Positions 51,889-64,000 of a DNA stretch of 64,000 nt are shown here, piece by piece. Positions within the stretch are counted from its first letter, which is position 1; every line of letters starts with the position of its first letter. The stretch comes from Schmidtea polychroa (lineage: Eukaryota). The translations under genes and the position numbers were made by a program. The notes under the pieces are model-generated. The model did no database searches, was not told the origin of the DNA, and saw nothing but the letters and a program-made list of their open reading frames with translations. The stretch covers positions 53,878,001-53,942,000 of the forward strand of contig CM097888.1 of assembly GCA_044892525.1 (NCBI GenBank). Reading direction: 5' to 3'.

Positions 51889-52211
51889 CTGTCAGATGTT
51901 GAACTTCTTCAATCTTAAAAAATTTCCCATTAGAATTTACAGCTGAAATCTTTATCCCATAGCTATGATCAAGGTAAATAACGGCTTCGTAAGTGTTTTT
52001 AAACGCCAAAAACCCAAGCGACGAGAAATATTTGTTCGGTCCGACCAATTCTGCCAATACGCATTGGTCATAGCTTGCGTCATCCGTAAATTGAACGTGA
52101 CTCGTAGTTTTCTTTTTCAATATCTGCTTAAAATGCCTTTGATAAATCCAATTGAAAACATTTCCCAACATACCGGTTTCATTCTTTCGTTTGATTCCAA
52201 TGACCAATTCA
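51889..52211 (-). CDS. Candidate exon, unknown protein
   Basis: 111-aa ORF with normal amino-acid composition and a CAG|GTAGGA donor (phase 1); 5' boundary uncertain. Confidence 0.5.
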
Positions 52212-52387
52212 CTGATTTATTTATTTGTTTGCTTTGAAATTCATATTTATTATTTGCAAAAATGGAGCATTTAAACAAACTGTGTTATTTGTTGAAAATG
52301 AATAAGAAAAAAAACATTTAATTGTAAATTTCTTTATATAAACACACACACACACAAATATATATTTAATATATTTAATATATATAT

Positions 52388-52606
52388 TTAATACAAGAAG
52401 TGCGATAATGATATACAATTTTCATTCAAATAATTTGAGCTGTCGAATTTTTGTTTTTGATTGAATTGGTCGTCTGTATGTTGGCAACAGGTATAAAAGG
52501 GTAGAAGGCTGGAGGTGGCCGTCGGTTCAGTCATTGATGTAGAAATTAAATTCGGGGATAGAAAACATGAAATTAAATTGTCTGGCATTACAGATGGCTG
52601 TTTGAT
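52388..52606 (-). CDS. Candidate exon, Ser/Thr/Pro-rich; possibly the cadherin cytoplasmic tail
   Basis: aatttag acceptor then an open frame IKQPSVMPDNLISCFLSPNLISTSMTEPTATSS...LSHFLY*. Confidence 0.45.
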   Translation of the reverse strand: MKQPSVMPDNLISCFLSPNLISTSMTEPTATSSLLPFYTCCQHTDDQFNQKQKFDSSNYLNENCISLSHFLY

Positions 52607-52812
52607 CTAAATTAATTTATTTTTAAAATTTAATTTAAATCTATGATAATTTAATTCATAATAAATATTTATTTACGATTTTAATCCCAATAATGATAAT
52701 AAATCAAACGATCCCAAATTATTTAGTTAAGATTAATATTTTGATATTATATATTTGTATATGTCATTTATGTATAATAATTGCTCTCAATATCTTGTAC
52801 ATTTATAACTTA

Positions 52813-53008
52813 CCGTATTAGCCCAAATATAACGTGACATTATTTTAGCAATATTATTTTTATTAAATAATCAGACTCGCGCTAAATTCTGGGTTTAAGT
52901 AATGTAATTTAAATAACGACATTAATTTGAATTTTTTTTCTAAAAATCTTTATGAAAATTTTGGTGTCGCATTAAATTCTGGGTCGCGTTATATTCGGGC
53001 TAATATGG
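52813..53008. mobile_element. pogo-like MITE, copy of the 48268-48482 family
   Basis: Matching CCGTATTAGCCC..ATATAACG TIRs. Confidence 0.8.
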
Positions 53009-53668
53009 TGTTTGAAATTGTAGAAATAAATAATTAAATATGTTGACTGTCATGCCAGTCACCGATGTCCGACACTAATACCTATACTGACACCGTGCTG
53101 GTCATCGGTGACCGGCCTTTTATATAGTTATGAAAACATATTTAAGTATTGACACTGACCTCAAAATTAGTTTTATCTATATATATTACAAGAATAGAGA
53201 CCTGCGATTTGAAATTTTAAAAAAAATGTTACAATAGCATCAGTTAATTAAATTATGTCACCTTTAGGTCACCTAAATTCAAAGTCATGTCTTCCAGGAC
53301 TACTTGAATCTAATTCATTTAACCAAGACAACTATCAAACGACAAACACAAAAAAATATTTCTTAACAATGCATCCTTAAAACTCTAATCTAAAGGTTCA
53401 TATACCACCTTTTCCTTCAATAAAATTACCGTCCCTTATTAAACACCACAACTTCCTCCACTAGTATACCCTTCTAACTAGCAAGAATAAAGTGATTGCG
53501 GACGAAAACATTTTTACCCCGGTCATATTTGACAATATGGTTATAAATTCTTTAGATAAAATTTATTATTTGTCATTTGTTTTAATTTCCTTTTGAGAAA
53601 GTCCTGATTAAAACAATTTATTAAAATAAGGTTAGAAAAAATAAAATATAAAATACAATTCAACATAC

Positions 53669-53809
53669 GTCATAAACGGAGGATAAACAAAGTTTGTTGT
53701 GGCTCTGAATTAAATCGTTTTGGTTTTTAATGCGTTGGCACTCCATACAGGTCTCTTCATTGAATACTTTGAAATTCATTGGAATGTCCAGGTCGATGGT
53801 TTCTGGCAT
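53669..53809 (-). CDS. Candidate exon, unknown protein
   Basis: Open frame MPETIDLDIPMNFKVFNEETCMECQRIKNQNDLIQSHNKLCLSSVYD with a GTATGT donor, phase-compatible with the 52606 acceptor. Confidence 0.4.
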
Positions 53810-54320
53810 TGAGACAGCCTTTTTATCCACTTGAATAAAAAAATTATTTTTAATAATAATTTATATAATTTATAATTCAGCAATAACACATTTTTAATAC
53901 AGAAGTGTTTTGTTTAAAAATTAATTTTTTGTCACTTAATGTTGGCTCTTTTCCTTCACTCTAACTATAGATAAATACTGAGGGAGTTAATTACAAAATC
54001 TGTTTTAAATGGATAATACTCCTATACGTTTATGTGCTTTCTACTCTGAAATTTTAATACTACATCTATATTCACCTCTTTCAACAAAATATTTTCAAAT
54101 AATGTGTGGAACATATTGAATAGCATTCATAAAACACTTTAGGAAACTTTATATCCGAAAACTTTGTCTTTTTTAGTCTGGTGTGTGTTCATACCTAGAG
54201 AGGTAGTTAAAAAAATGTTAATTTAGTATATATAATATGAAAGAATACTATTAGTGAAATTAGTTTCTTTTAAAATCTGACTTTCAAGGTTGCTGAAATG
54301 AATGAAGTTTTACAGCTTTC

Positions 54321-54765
54321 TCAATATAACTATACTATAAAACAAAAAAATCATTTATCTGTCTGTCTTTTGCAAGAACTCTAACCAAATGATGAACAGT
54401 AGCGATATGACATTTGCGCATGTCATTCAGGATGTCATTTCAATGTTATCTGTGCTATTTTCAACGTTCAACTTTCTTTTCACCTAAAGTCACAGTCTTG
54501 TATTTGTCAGACAAGCGCGTCTCATATTGACATCTGTATGTTGAAATGTCAAAGGTGAATGATCCCAAAGCATTGTTCATTCTCACCAATGATCAACAAA
54601 ACACTAAAAATATTGTATATAGATAAGTATTGAAATGGATTTGTAATTAAATATATTAATTATTCAATATGTTAATTATAATTGATTAAGAATGAATTCA
54701 AAAACTCTAGATTATTTTAGCTTTAATGTTTTTAATATTTATGATATTGTTGGGTTATTGATTAG
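54321..54765 (+). mobile_element. Non-autonomous Helitron carrying the Pif1 helicase C-terminal remnant
   Basis: 5' ctatactataaaac...tgtctgtct; SY*HLYVEMSKVNDPKALFILTNDQQNTKNIVYR*VL matches the Helitron SHGQLYVA.SRV..P..L.I...TKNIVY.EVL tail; degenerate 3' end. Confidence 0.75.
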
Positions 54766-55754
54766 TAAGTCGGTTAGTCTCTAATTCATCGTGCTCCATT
54801 TTATAAACCAAATGACCAAGACCCAACACAGAATTGGTTGACTCTCAACACAATTTACAAAATCGTCAAAACATTTGCCTCTTCTTTCAAATCAAATTTC
54901 AACACTTAAGTCGGAAAACCCAATGGGGAATTTTTCATTCTGGTACATCTAGTTTAGTAAAGAACTCGATTACAAATATTTTTTCCCCATCCTCTGTTTT
55001 ATCCTTTTGATACTCTAACTTTATTTTTGATTTCTTCGACAAACTGACAACTAGTCTTTCTGCATTTGGCTTTTACATTTTTTCTGTCATGACAGTTTAA
55101 TTGTTGTCGGATAATTATTTCCAAAATTTGGCTTTAATTGCCTTCAAAACAAAACAATTTGCCTAATCTTCCGCCTTGCTGTTTGAGGCATTTTATCATT
55201 AATTATTTGAATGATTATTCGGGGGTTCCTATACAGCTCGCCTCCTTAAAAAACTCAGGTTTTCTACGCTGCTCGAATTTCTAATTAGTAAATTAATTCA
55301 TTACTTTGTTATGTCGTTATAACTTTCTTTAAGGACCGTTCACTTAATTTTCATTATCACTTTTTGGATTCCTCTCATGATTCGGCGTTCAACCGAATTT
55401 TAATGAATTTTAATTAATTGCTCTTTTATTATTTTTGGTGTCTTATTTGATTTTAGCCGTGCTTCTATTTTATTTTCTCTGCCTTTTTATATTAAACCGA
55501 GCAATATCCGTATTTAAAAGTTAAAAGATTCTAAATTTTATTAATTCAGAAATTATTTTCGTCTCGATAATATTATATAAACACATCTGTAAACATAAAT
55601 ATAGAATTTAACAAACAACACGAAGGAATAACATTCCCCGGCCTACCAAAATCTCCAGTCAGACAGTTATTTACCTATTGCAGTTTATAATGAACGTCTG
55701 CTGTGCAAATATGAACAAAAATGGGAACAGTATTCACAACACCATTTTTTAAAA

Positions 55755-55790
55755 ATATTTCGACAGGTTGGCTGTCATCATCATGTACTA
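55755..55790 (-). ncRNA. Degenerate minimal hammerhead-like motif (family B)
   Basis: gtac-ATGATGA-T-GACAG-ccaac-CTGTC-GAAA-TATT; perfect stem II. Confidence 0.4.
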
Positions 55791-56009
55791 AGCAGCTTCA
55801 ATAAAAACGATTATACCTAGAGGTATATTATGTGATTATATAATTATGCAACGGGTATCAGATCAAAATATTTTCTTAAATGCATGTGGTTAATGTATTT
55901 TATATATTGTATGTATTTGTTGGATTAAATCACAATAATTAATTAATCATTACATTCTTACAAGTTTTATATTTTATATTTTACCTATTTAAAAAAATAT
56001 CAACCATAA

Positions 56010-56310
56010 AAAACATAGTTTTTGAAACTCTATATTTCACTCTCTTAATTTCAACATAATCTTTCTCTCTTTGATCCGAAGTTAATGAATAGATAAGAAT
56101 TTATATTGAAATAAGGAAATAACACTAGATTTGACATATCAATATTTTTTAAATTAACCCACTTTCCGTGATCGGATCGTTCTGAAATTTTGATATCATG
56201 CAGTGTTCTCGACAACGAATCTACTGCAAAATTTCATCTCAAGAAGGTTAATTTGACCTCACAAAATTTGCGTGCCACATACAAACATACATCAGCGAAG
56301 TTAAAAAGTA
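56010..56310. mobile_element. Helentron-associated (HINE-like) element
   Basis: aaattaacccactttccgtgat, an acatacaaacatacat tract and a gcgaagttaa end; homologous to 16790 and 40590. Confidence 0.5.
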
Positions 56311-57018
56311 AAAAATGTTTCTGATAACTTAAAGATTTTATACTAAATTTATTTATCTGTTTTTATGAATAAATAAACAAATATTTGGAAAATTAAATTT
56401 CTATAAATACTTTTCTGAATTTATTTATTTCAAACAAAATTAAATAAAAAACGACTCACAGACATTTAAAATTCTAAAAAAGAAATCGATTCCACCATGG
56501 AATGTTGCTGGAAATAATTCTAAAGGCGGCATAACAAAAAAAAGTATTGGGCTCTTTTGTTTTTAATTATACGCCTAAATTCCTGATAGACTCTTTACGG
56601 CAATATTATAAATTATAAAAGATATCTGTAGAGAATTCAATTTTATGAATTTTCCCGACCTAAAAATAAAATTACATCTCTGAAATTAGAAAGGCACAAT
56701 TGTCAGGGAATTCTAATATTATAAAATCAATACTTTAATAAAATATTTAATATTCTAAAATGGTTTTAAAATTTACATTTAAGTAAATTGAAATGAAAAT
56801 AAATATTTTTAAACCATAAAATGTGGAGGGGTAAATGTTATGTTATTTTCAAAACCGTATATAATTATTTCTAAGAAATTAATGGACACGGAAAACTAAA
56901 ACATATTATTTATAATTCAATAATTTTCACAGTAATATTTGTAAGACTACAGATCAAAACAATATATAAGGTAAATGATATCTCGGGACAGCCTTTATCA
57001 GGTAACTGTAAAATATAC

Positions 57019-57050
57019 ACACTTGAAAAGGCTGAGTCGAAATATAGGGT
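57019..57050 (+). ncRNA. Minimal hammerhead-like motif with U3-A8 core
   Basis: acac-TTGAAAA-GGC-tga-GTC-GAAA-TATA-gggt; a second decayed motif lies on the minus strand at ~56975-57005. Confidence 0.4.
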
Positions 57051-57415
57051 TATTGAATTAAAAAAAATCAAAAGTGAAACAAAAAGATAGATATTATTTA
57101 TAAATAAATTTGATTTAAAAATCAGCTCTCATTGATCAAAAGTATTTTTTAAAAATTATTCTGTTAATGTAAAAATAAAAAAATAATCCAAAACTAATTT
57201 TAAAAATTTAAAAATTTAGAAAAGCGATATTTAGTTGGATAAAGTAGAAACACGTAGCAAATAATAAGAAAATGAAAAAATACAAATTAAATTAAAATTT
57301 CTTGATAACAATAGTCATTTCTTTTGGAAAACAAAATCTCTGAGTTAGCCAAGCCCGATAGAGGCCTGTCAAGCTGCGGTCTTGTTGTAAAAATTCACAT
57401 TTATTCATTTTGCAG

Positions 57416-57515
57416 TATCATGAAAAATTGTATAATATTGTTGATCTAGGTCCAAAAACTAAAATAGTTAATGAGAATCCAATGTATAAAAAAGGAAGAA
57501 CTTTGTCAAGTGCAA
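57416..57515 (+). CDS. Candidate exon with NPxY-like motif
   Basis: Strong tttattcattttgcag acceptor and GTGAGT donor; open frame YHEKLYNIVDLGPKTKIVNENPMYKKGRTLSSA. Confidence 0.35.
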
Positions 57516-59279
57516 GTGAGTGAGGAAATTGTCAACATTTTTAAGTATTATTTGTTTATTTAAATAGATTTCTTGTAATCTAAGAGTCAATTGATAAAAA
57601 TTTATAAGTAAAATTTTAATTGTGCATTTTGTGCATTATTAATTGATTATAACAATTTTAATTTTAAATGTTTAATAGCACTCTATTTTAGGTAGACATC
57701 GATAGGATTTGATATTTAAATGCAATCTTTTAAAAAGGCATAAATGAAAAAAATATACAAGTCAGATTTGAACGGTGACTTCTAAAAGATGCAGTTGGTG
57801 TGAGATATACAAGACGTCGAGACAGATTTTATGGAATGCAGATTTTTGCGTACCGAAGCCATCAAAATGAAGAATATACATTAAACAACTGATAAATCTG
57901 CCTTTTTACTAATAAGAAAGCTGTAAAATTATTTCATTTAAATATTAACGTCGTTATTAACTACTGACATAATTTAAATTTCTGTTTAAATTATCCGCAA
58001 TAATGTTTGATGTTTAAAACGATGAATAATTATCCATGTAGATTTAATGGATAGTATTTCAAAAAATTTCTACTTACAGATTTTGCCCCTGATTTCATTA
58101 ATTACAGAATTATATATAATTAAATATCAAAATAACTTTTAATCCAATTATTTTTTGGTAAGCAACTCAAAATTCAATTTAAACAAATTTCGAAAAAAAT
58201 AAATTACCATAATTTTTTTTTTCACGCGTTCGATTTGACTTTATATATATAAATTGAAAAGATAAAATCACTAAAAATCATTTCGATTTCAAAAATAATT
58301 TTTTAATTTGTCGATAAATTTAAAATTTTGAAACTGATACGATCTAAAAATGGGGAAATATATTTTATTTTTTGGCTTTATTTCATGAAAATAACAAAAT
58401 GGTCAAATTACAATTATGTACATGTCAGAGATTAAAACAAAAATTAATTAAAATTTTTAAATTAAAAATGTTGAATTTTTGATTAAATTTAAGAATTGTT
58501 ATGGAAAATGTAAAATTAATTGAATTAAATAATATATATAAATATACTTTTCAAATTTAAAAATTTTTTTTAAAATTTTTAATAAAATAAAATTTACTTG
58601 CGTTGGTAAGAATAAAAATGTTTTTCCTGAAAATTGAAATTGGAAATATAATTTTCAATAAGAGTTCAAATATTTCAACATGATATAACAAGCTATAAAA
58701 TACATTTGAGAAAACAATTTCGCCAATTTTCTCGTTCGTGATATAATGTAATTTCAATATATTTATTTTCAGTTTCAAAAACATTTATTATATATCATTT
58801 GTTTTAATTTGCCTAATTCTTTTTTATTTTCTATACAATAATAAACCTTGATCTTTTAAACGCCAATTGAAAAGAATTGATACTGATTCCTCGTCATTTA
58901 TTCTTTCCGCTACTTTTAATATTATTTTCTCTTTTTTCTAGGTCGTTCATTTAAGGATGAAATAGATATACAATTAATAACAATTAGAAATTCATAATAA
59001 AATATTCGACCCTTACAACATTTGTTTATCCTGTATATTTTTTTCAATAATAATGTGATTGGTGTGAATTGAATACTTGACTTTAAATCTTACTGGTTGA
59101 GTTTCATTATTTTAATAAAGGACATGTGAGTCAGATTATTAACTATTTTTCTACCGAAACAATTATAATAACCCATCGAAACGTAGAATTGACTAGCAAA
59201 GGAAATAGATCGAATCAAAAATTAATATTTATTAATACTGTTTATCTTGACAATTATAAGAAATACGACATAAACTTAC

Positions 59280-59556
59280 CATTTTCTAATTCATAACAAA
59301 TTAGGGGAGGTTTAGCCTTCTTTCTGCATTTGATGATGACAATTGTTATGAAACTGCCTAAGGCTAAGACGCTGATTATAACTGCTATAGTTATAACTAT
59401 CATTTCTTTATTAATTTTCTCTTTGTTTTCGTTCGAATGAACATTATTCTTTGGCGATAAAGGCTGCGAATCATCAATGGTGATTTGGAGTTCTATACTT
59501 GATGACTTTGGGGGGTTTCCTCTATCTTTACCAATAATTACCAATTTGTGAATACC
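59280..59556 (-). CDS. Cadherin-family gene exon: end of last EC repeat, transmembrane helix, start of cytoplasmic tail
   Basis: tatatttcag acceptor, G|GTAAGT donor; GIHKLVIIGKDRGNPPKSSSIELQITIDD (A.D.G.P..S motif), hydrophobic MIVITIAVIISVLALGSFITIVII, then KCRKK. Confidence 0.85.
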
Positions 59557-59734
59557 CTGAAATATAAATATTTTTATTTAAAGGTAAACATTACTAAACA
59601 GATTTTATTTTTATTCGTATACATGTATTTTAGTTTAGAAATAATCAATTTTAGCAAAAATAAAATATCTATTGATAAATATATATTTATAAAAAAATTG
59701 ACTATGAATCAGTAAAGATATCATAAGACATCGA

Positions 59735-60160
59735 ATTGGGTCAAAGATTATCAAATGTTATATTGTTGCTCAATTGCTTTGCTTTTTCCTGTATGAGGAC
59801 TTCGTTGACAAATGTTATTACAACTTGGTCAAGATCATTGTGTTTTCCATTTCTTATCATTTTGAATTTCTTTTGTTGCGAATTTTCATAAAGGTTGGAT
59901 TTGATGTCTTTCCGGTTCTTATATATTGTTGAGAAAGTATTTTCTACCACATTTTTTATCCTGTTCATTGGCTTTATTTCATTTTCCATGGTCAAACTAA
60001 TATATTTTCTTCTTGGACCTTTGAATTTGATGATGAATAGTAAGCGTCAAGCTTACTATATAAATGTTTTGCAAAACGCATTCAATCAAAGAATCATCCA
60101 ATTATTGAGCAAATCGTATTAAAAGTAAATATATAAATAAAATCGAGGGGTGCCGGAATA
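59735..60160 (-). pseudogene. Second copy of the Tigger 5' fragment, inside the cadherin intron
   Basis: Nearly identical to 41280-41700 in reverse orientation. Confidence 0.85.
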
Positions 60161-62439
60161 CCTTCATAATAAATCCATTTAAAACCTATTTGGTTATGCA
60201 AATTTTATAATTCAAAAATTCATTTGTTTAAATGATGATTTTAATTATATAAGTTGATAATTGTATAAATGCCAATACAGCGATAGAATTGGGGAAATCA
60301 TTTAATAATTAACTGAAATAGGTTAGTAAAATTTTATTTCAAATTTCCTTTCCTATTAACATTTCTTATAAAAATATATTGGGAAATTTACAATACAGAT
60401 AGCCATCAACAAATTTGTTCATTTAATTCAGTTGATTTGTCATGAAACGACATTGGGACAGAATGTATAGCTGCCAACAAATGCGCAATCATAATTACTT
60501 CTGTCCATNNNNNNNNNNNNNNNNNNNNNNNNNNNNNNNNNNNNNNNNNNNNNNNNNNNNNNNNNNNNNNNNNNNNNNNNNNNNNNNNNNNNNNNNNNNN
60601 NNNNNNNNNNNNNNNNNNNNNNNNNNNNNNNNNNNNNNNNNNNNNNNNNNNNNNTATTTATTTTGTTTTAATGGAATAAAATTCATCCATTGCTTCATTA
60701 ACTAGAATTTGAGGAATGTTTCTGATGTATTATTATTATTGCTCTTATTTTCATTTTAGATTTATCCAAGTTTAATTGAAACTAAAATCTCCCTTTTTCA
60801 TCAGTCATGCGTGACGTTTCAAATATTGTTTAGATTCTTAATTTCATGATTAATCGTTCTCCATAGGAAAAGAAATATCAAGTTAACTGGATTACTGAAC
60901 CTTAACTAAGGAAAAAATTTCCTTTTATCTTATTTACACTTTTTGATAATTTAGTTTTTTTTATAAATTACACTCACGTATCATATTGTTTGTATCTTTA
61001 ATTAACGATTTTCGCGTTTCTTTAATATTGTTTTATTGCTCGAAGTTCTAACAGTGAAATTGAAAAATGATAACTCTTCATGTTCGAAATATAAAATTCC
61101 TTAAATTCATATTAAATTACATAATTTCAAACAAATGTATAATTATTATATTAATGACCAATAAAACTGATTAGAAAGACATTCATTCTTACTAAGTGTT
61201 TTTTACAGCATTAAAAAACTGACTAATTAGAAATTATTTTCAAAAAAATAGTAAAATAATAAAATTTTAAAAGATTTGAATAAAATAAATTTAAAAAAAA
61301 TTAAATTAAATTAAAAGAAATCAATTTGAAATGAAAAAAAAACATTTGAAAATTTTGCCAATACATTTCAGAAGTAAAACAAAAAATTAAATTTTTATTT
61401 CAATTTTGGAAAATAAAAAAAATTATTTTTATATTAATCCGAGATCAATGGTAGTAATCAGGGAATTTAGAAGAAATTATCTTTCATGCAATTTTACCAG
61501 GGTTCCCAATGTGGAATATATTAACTATTGTAATTAGACATTTTCTAGAATACTAAATAATTTTCCCACTTTTAAATACTATTGCAATCTGCCTTGTCCT
61601 TGTTCATGGATATTTCATTTAGGATATTTTTTTATTCTTATTTTTTNNNNNNNNNNNNNNNNNNNNNNNNNNNNNNNNNNNNNNNNNNNNNNNNNNNNNN
61701 NNNNNNNNNNNNNNNNNNNNNNNNNNNNNNNNNNNNNNNNNNNNNNNNNNNNNNNNNNNNNNNNNNNNNNNNNNNNNNNNNNNNNNNNNNNNNNNNNNNN
61801 NNNGTATCACTTATATTTAGAGTTGCAGCTAGAAATTCATTAGTAAAAATAAATATTAAAACTATAAGGGAATGCAAAGTAAATAAAAGAAATATATATT
61901 AATGTATTAATATATAATAAGGAATGGAGTGAAACATATTTGACAGAAAGGTATTCGGCAGGCAGAACAAATGAATTTTGTTCTTTTCTCAATTTTTAAT
62001 GTTGAGCACATTACAGACTAACAGTCGACTTCTTTTATTCGCATACGGTAACTTATACGAATTTCTTGACGCAATAGAATAGAGTGAAAGGTAGGGAGTG
62101 ACCGATGAGAATATATATCCTAACTGTAAAGGATAACTTAAAAGGTTAACGCGTGCGTGGGAATAATACATTAATAATAATGTATACTGGAGTAATAGTC
62201 CAACAGTTGATTTTCACTTATATATTATTTCTCTATTTCTATAATTCTATTAACAATACCAGCTCATTAAGTTGTTTAAATGTTTAAAAATTTTATGATT
62301 ACAAAAAAAGATCAAAACTGAAAAGAAATTCACTGAAAATTGAATAGTAGTTTTATTTTAATTACGGGTGAAAATATTTCAACTCTAAATGATTTCACTC
62401 GTGGGAAACAATAAATTTCTATTGCAAACAGAATTTTAC

Positions 62440-62625
62440 CTGATGTTCGGACTTCAATTTCCTATTTAACTTTACACTTTGTCGATTCCTATCAATCGAG
62501 AAATACTGAGCTATAATGCCGGGTTTGATTGATAAATCGACAACTGCATTAGCACCGGAATCTTTGTCTTCGATGAAAAGGGCAATCAATTCGTGTCTGA
62601 CATATTCCTTGTAGGAAACTTTTGT
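62440..62625 (-). CDS. Cadherin-family gene exon: first two-thirds of an EC repeat
   Basis: ttctattccag acceptor, CAG|GTAAAA donor, 186 nt phase 0-0; TKVSY...IEDKDSGANAVV (DxDxGxN motif)...YFSID...VKLNRKLKSEHQ; joins in frame to 59556. Confidence 0.85.
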
Positions 62626-63018
62626 CTGGAATAGAAAAATTTTAATCATTGCTATTACTAAAAACAAAGTAATAAATAATAGTTAATAAAACAAATTCAC
62701 TTATTTTTCGGGAACGAAAAAATATTAAATTAATCAGCTGAAAGATAATTATTCAAATAGTGCATCCTGTTATTCGATGACATTTCTAATGTTAAACTAG
62801 TTTCGAGCTTATCCAATCCGATATCGAGCCGAATAATCCGGTAATTATATCCAATGATATCATCACTCCATCACTAAGCTATATCATTTCTTTATCTTTC
62901 TTATCAAATCTTTAAATATATTTGACATTTTGCAAATTATTCAAAAAAGAAACTAATTTACCATTAGAAAATGTATTGATTCCGCCAATTATCAATATTC
63001 AATTTAATTACTCTAAAT

Positions 63019-63469
63019 CAGGGGTCTCAAACACGCGGCCCGCAACGAAAAAACATAGATTTGTAATTTAACCAAACTTATTTAACAATTAAAATCATAA
63101 TGGGCTGTATAAATTAAAACTTATCTTTNNNNNNNNNNNNNNNNNNNNNNNNNNNNNNNNNNNNNNNNNNNNNNNNNNNNNNNNNNNNNNNNNNNNNNNN
63201 NNNNNNNNNNNNNNNNNNNNNNNNNNNNNNNNNNNNNNNNNNNNNNNNNNNNNNNNNNNNNNNNNNNNNNNNNNNNNNNNNNNNNNNNNNNNNNNNNNNN
63301 NNNNNNNNNNNNNNNNNNNNNNNNNNNNNNNNNNNNNNNNNNNNNNNNTTTTAGTTTTGTTGAGTTTTTAATTAAATAAATATTAACGTCGGAGTTTCAG
63401 ACTCCACATGTTCTGAAAAACAATTATTTATGTTGCGGCCCGCAGGCCAGTTTGAGTTTGAAACCCCTG
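63019..63469. mobile_element. hAT (Charlie-like) MITE spanning an N-gap
   Basis: 8-bp TSD CTCTAAAT; CAGGGGTCTCAAAC / GTTTGAAACCCCTG TIRs; subterminal GCGGCCCGC motifs. Confidence 0.9.
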
Positions 63470-63909
63470 CTCTAAATCGTGTAATTCATTTAATTATTTT
63501 TATTTTTTATATTAAATAATTAATTTATTATTGTGCTCTAAAATATATCTATTTTGGAAACTAAAAATTCTAAGTTGTTCTCTAAAAAGATTTAAAAGAT
63601 TACATAATTATTTTAATAGAGCTGTTGTTTAAAATGAGCTATAATTTTTATTAGATGAAATCCTAAAATAGATTATCGAAAGCTTAAATAAATTAAATGG
63701 AATTTTAAAATTTTTCATCTTAATTCTAAATNNNNNNNNNNNNNNNNNNNNNNNNNNNNNNNNNNNNNNNNNNNNNNNNNNNNNNNNNNNNNNNNNNNNN
63801 NNNNNNNNNNNNNNNNNNNNNNNNNNNNNNNNNNNNNNNNNNNNNNNNNNNNNNNNNNNNNNNNNNNNNNNNNNNNNNNNNNNNNNNNNTATTTATATTA
63901 GAGCACACC

Positions 63910-63910
<1 letters not shown>

Positions 63911-63980
<70 letters not shown>
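63911..63980. repeat. (ATT)n microsatellite
   Basis: Direct observation. Confidence 0.95.
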
Positions 63981-63981
<1 letters not shown>

Positions 63982-64000
63982 TGAAAATTAATAAAGACAA

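Noticed and set aside
54830-55500. Possible LINE ORF2 linker remnant (KAED*ANCF)
   Set aside because: No RT or endonuclease core motif found.
62758-62876. aagctcgaaactagt match to the 33-kb hammerhead 3' half
   Set aside because: No upstream CUGAUGA or stem partner; the region looks like a small TAGTG-ended repeat without a clear TSD.
1340-63908. ORFs with long X runs (e.g. 1340-1576, 2016-2310, 12889-13146, 23318-23646, 32793-33176, 34869-35140, 60442-60705, 61582-61902, 63726-63908)
   Set aside because: Artefacts of reading through N-gaps.

Overview
Very AT-rich eukaryotic (metazoan-type) DNA with ten N-gaps and long (AAT)n/(TA)n microsatellites; a planarian-like or similar invertebrate origin is a guess from composition only. 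Host coding sequence is sparse. It comprises two phase-compatible minus-strand exons of a cadherin-family gene (last extracellular repeat plus transmembrane segment, 62625-62440 and 59556-59280), several lower-confidence candidate exons, and an intronless, stop-containing N-terminal Hsp90 fragment (16622-16258). Most other recognisable sequence is mobile DNA: Tc1/mariner, pogo/Tigger, piggyBac, hAT, Helitron/Helentron-like, Ty3/Gypsy and Penelope-like remnants, plus MITEs with clear TIRs and TSDs. Two things stand out. (1) An apparently intact 1992-bp Tc1/IS630-type element (30398-32389) has a predicted 408-aa transposase split by three 43-45 nt phase-2 introns and a short DD28E triad. (2) At least three families of minimal type I hammerhead-ribozyme-like motifs lie in Penelope-associated repeats, including one complete canonical copy (33091-33050) and a family with a compensatory U3-A8 core. 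All assignments are from manual reading and motif recognition; no database searches were run.
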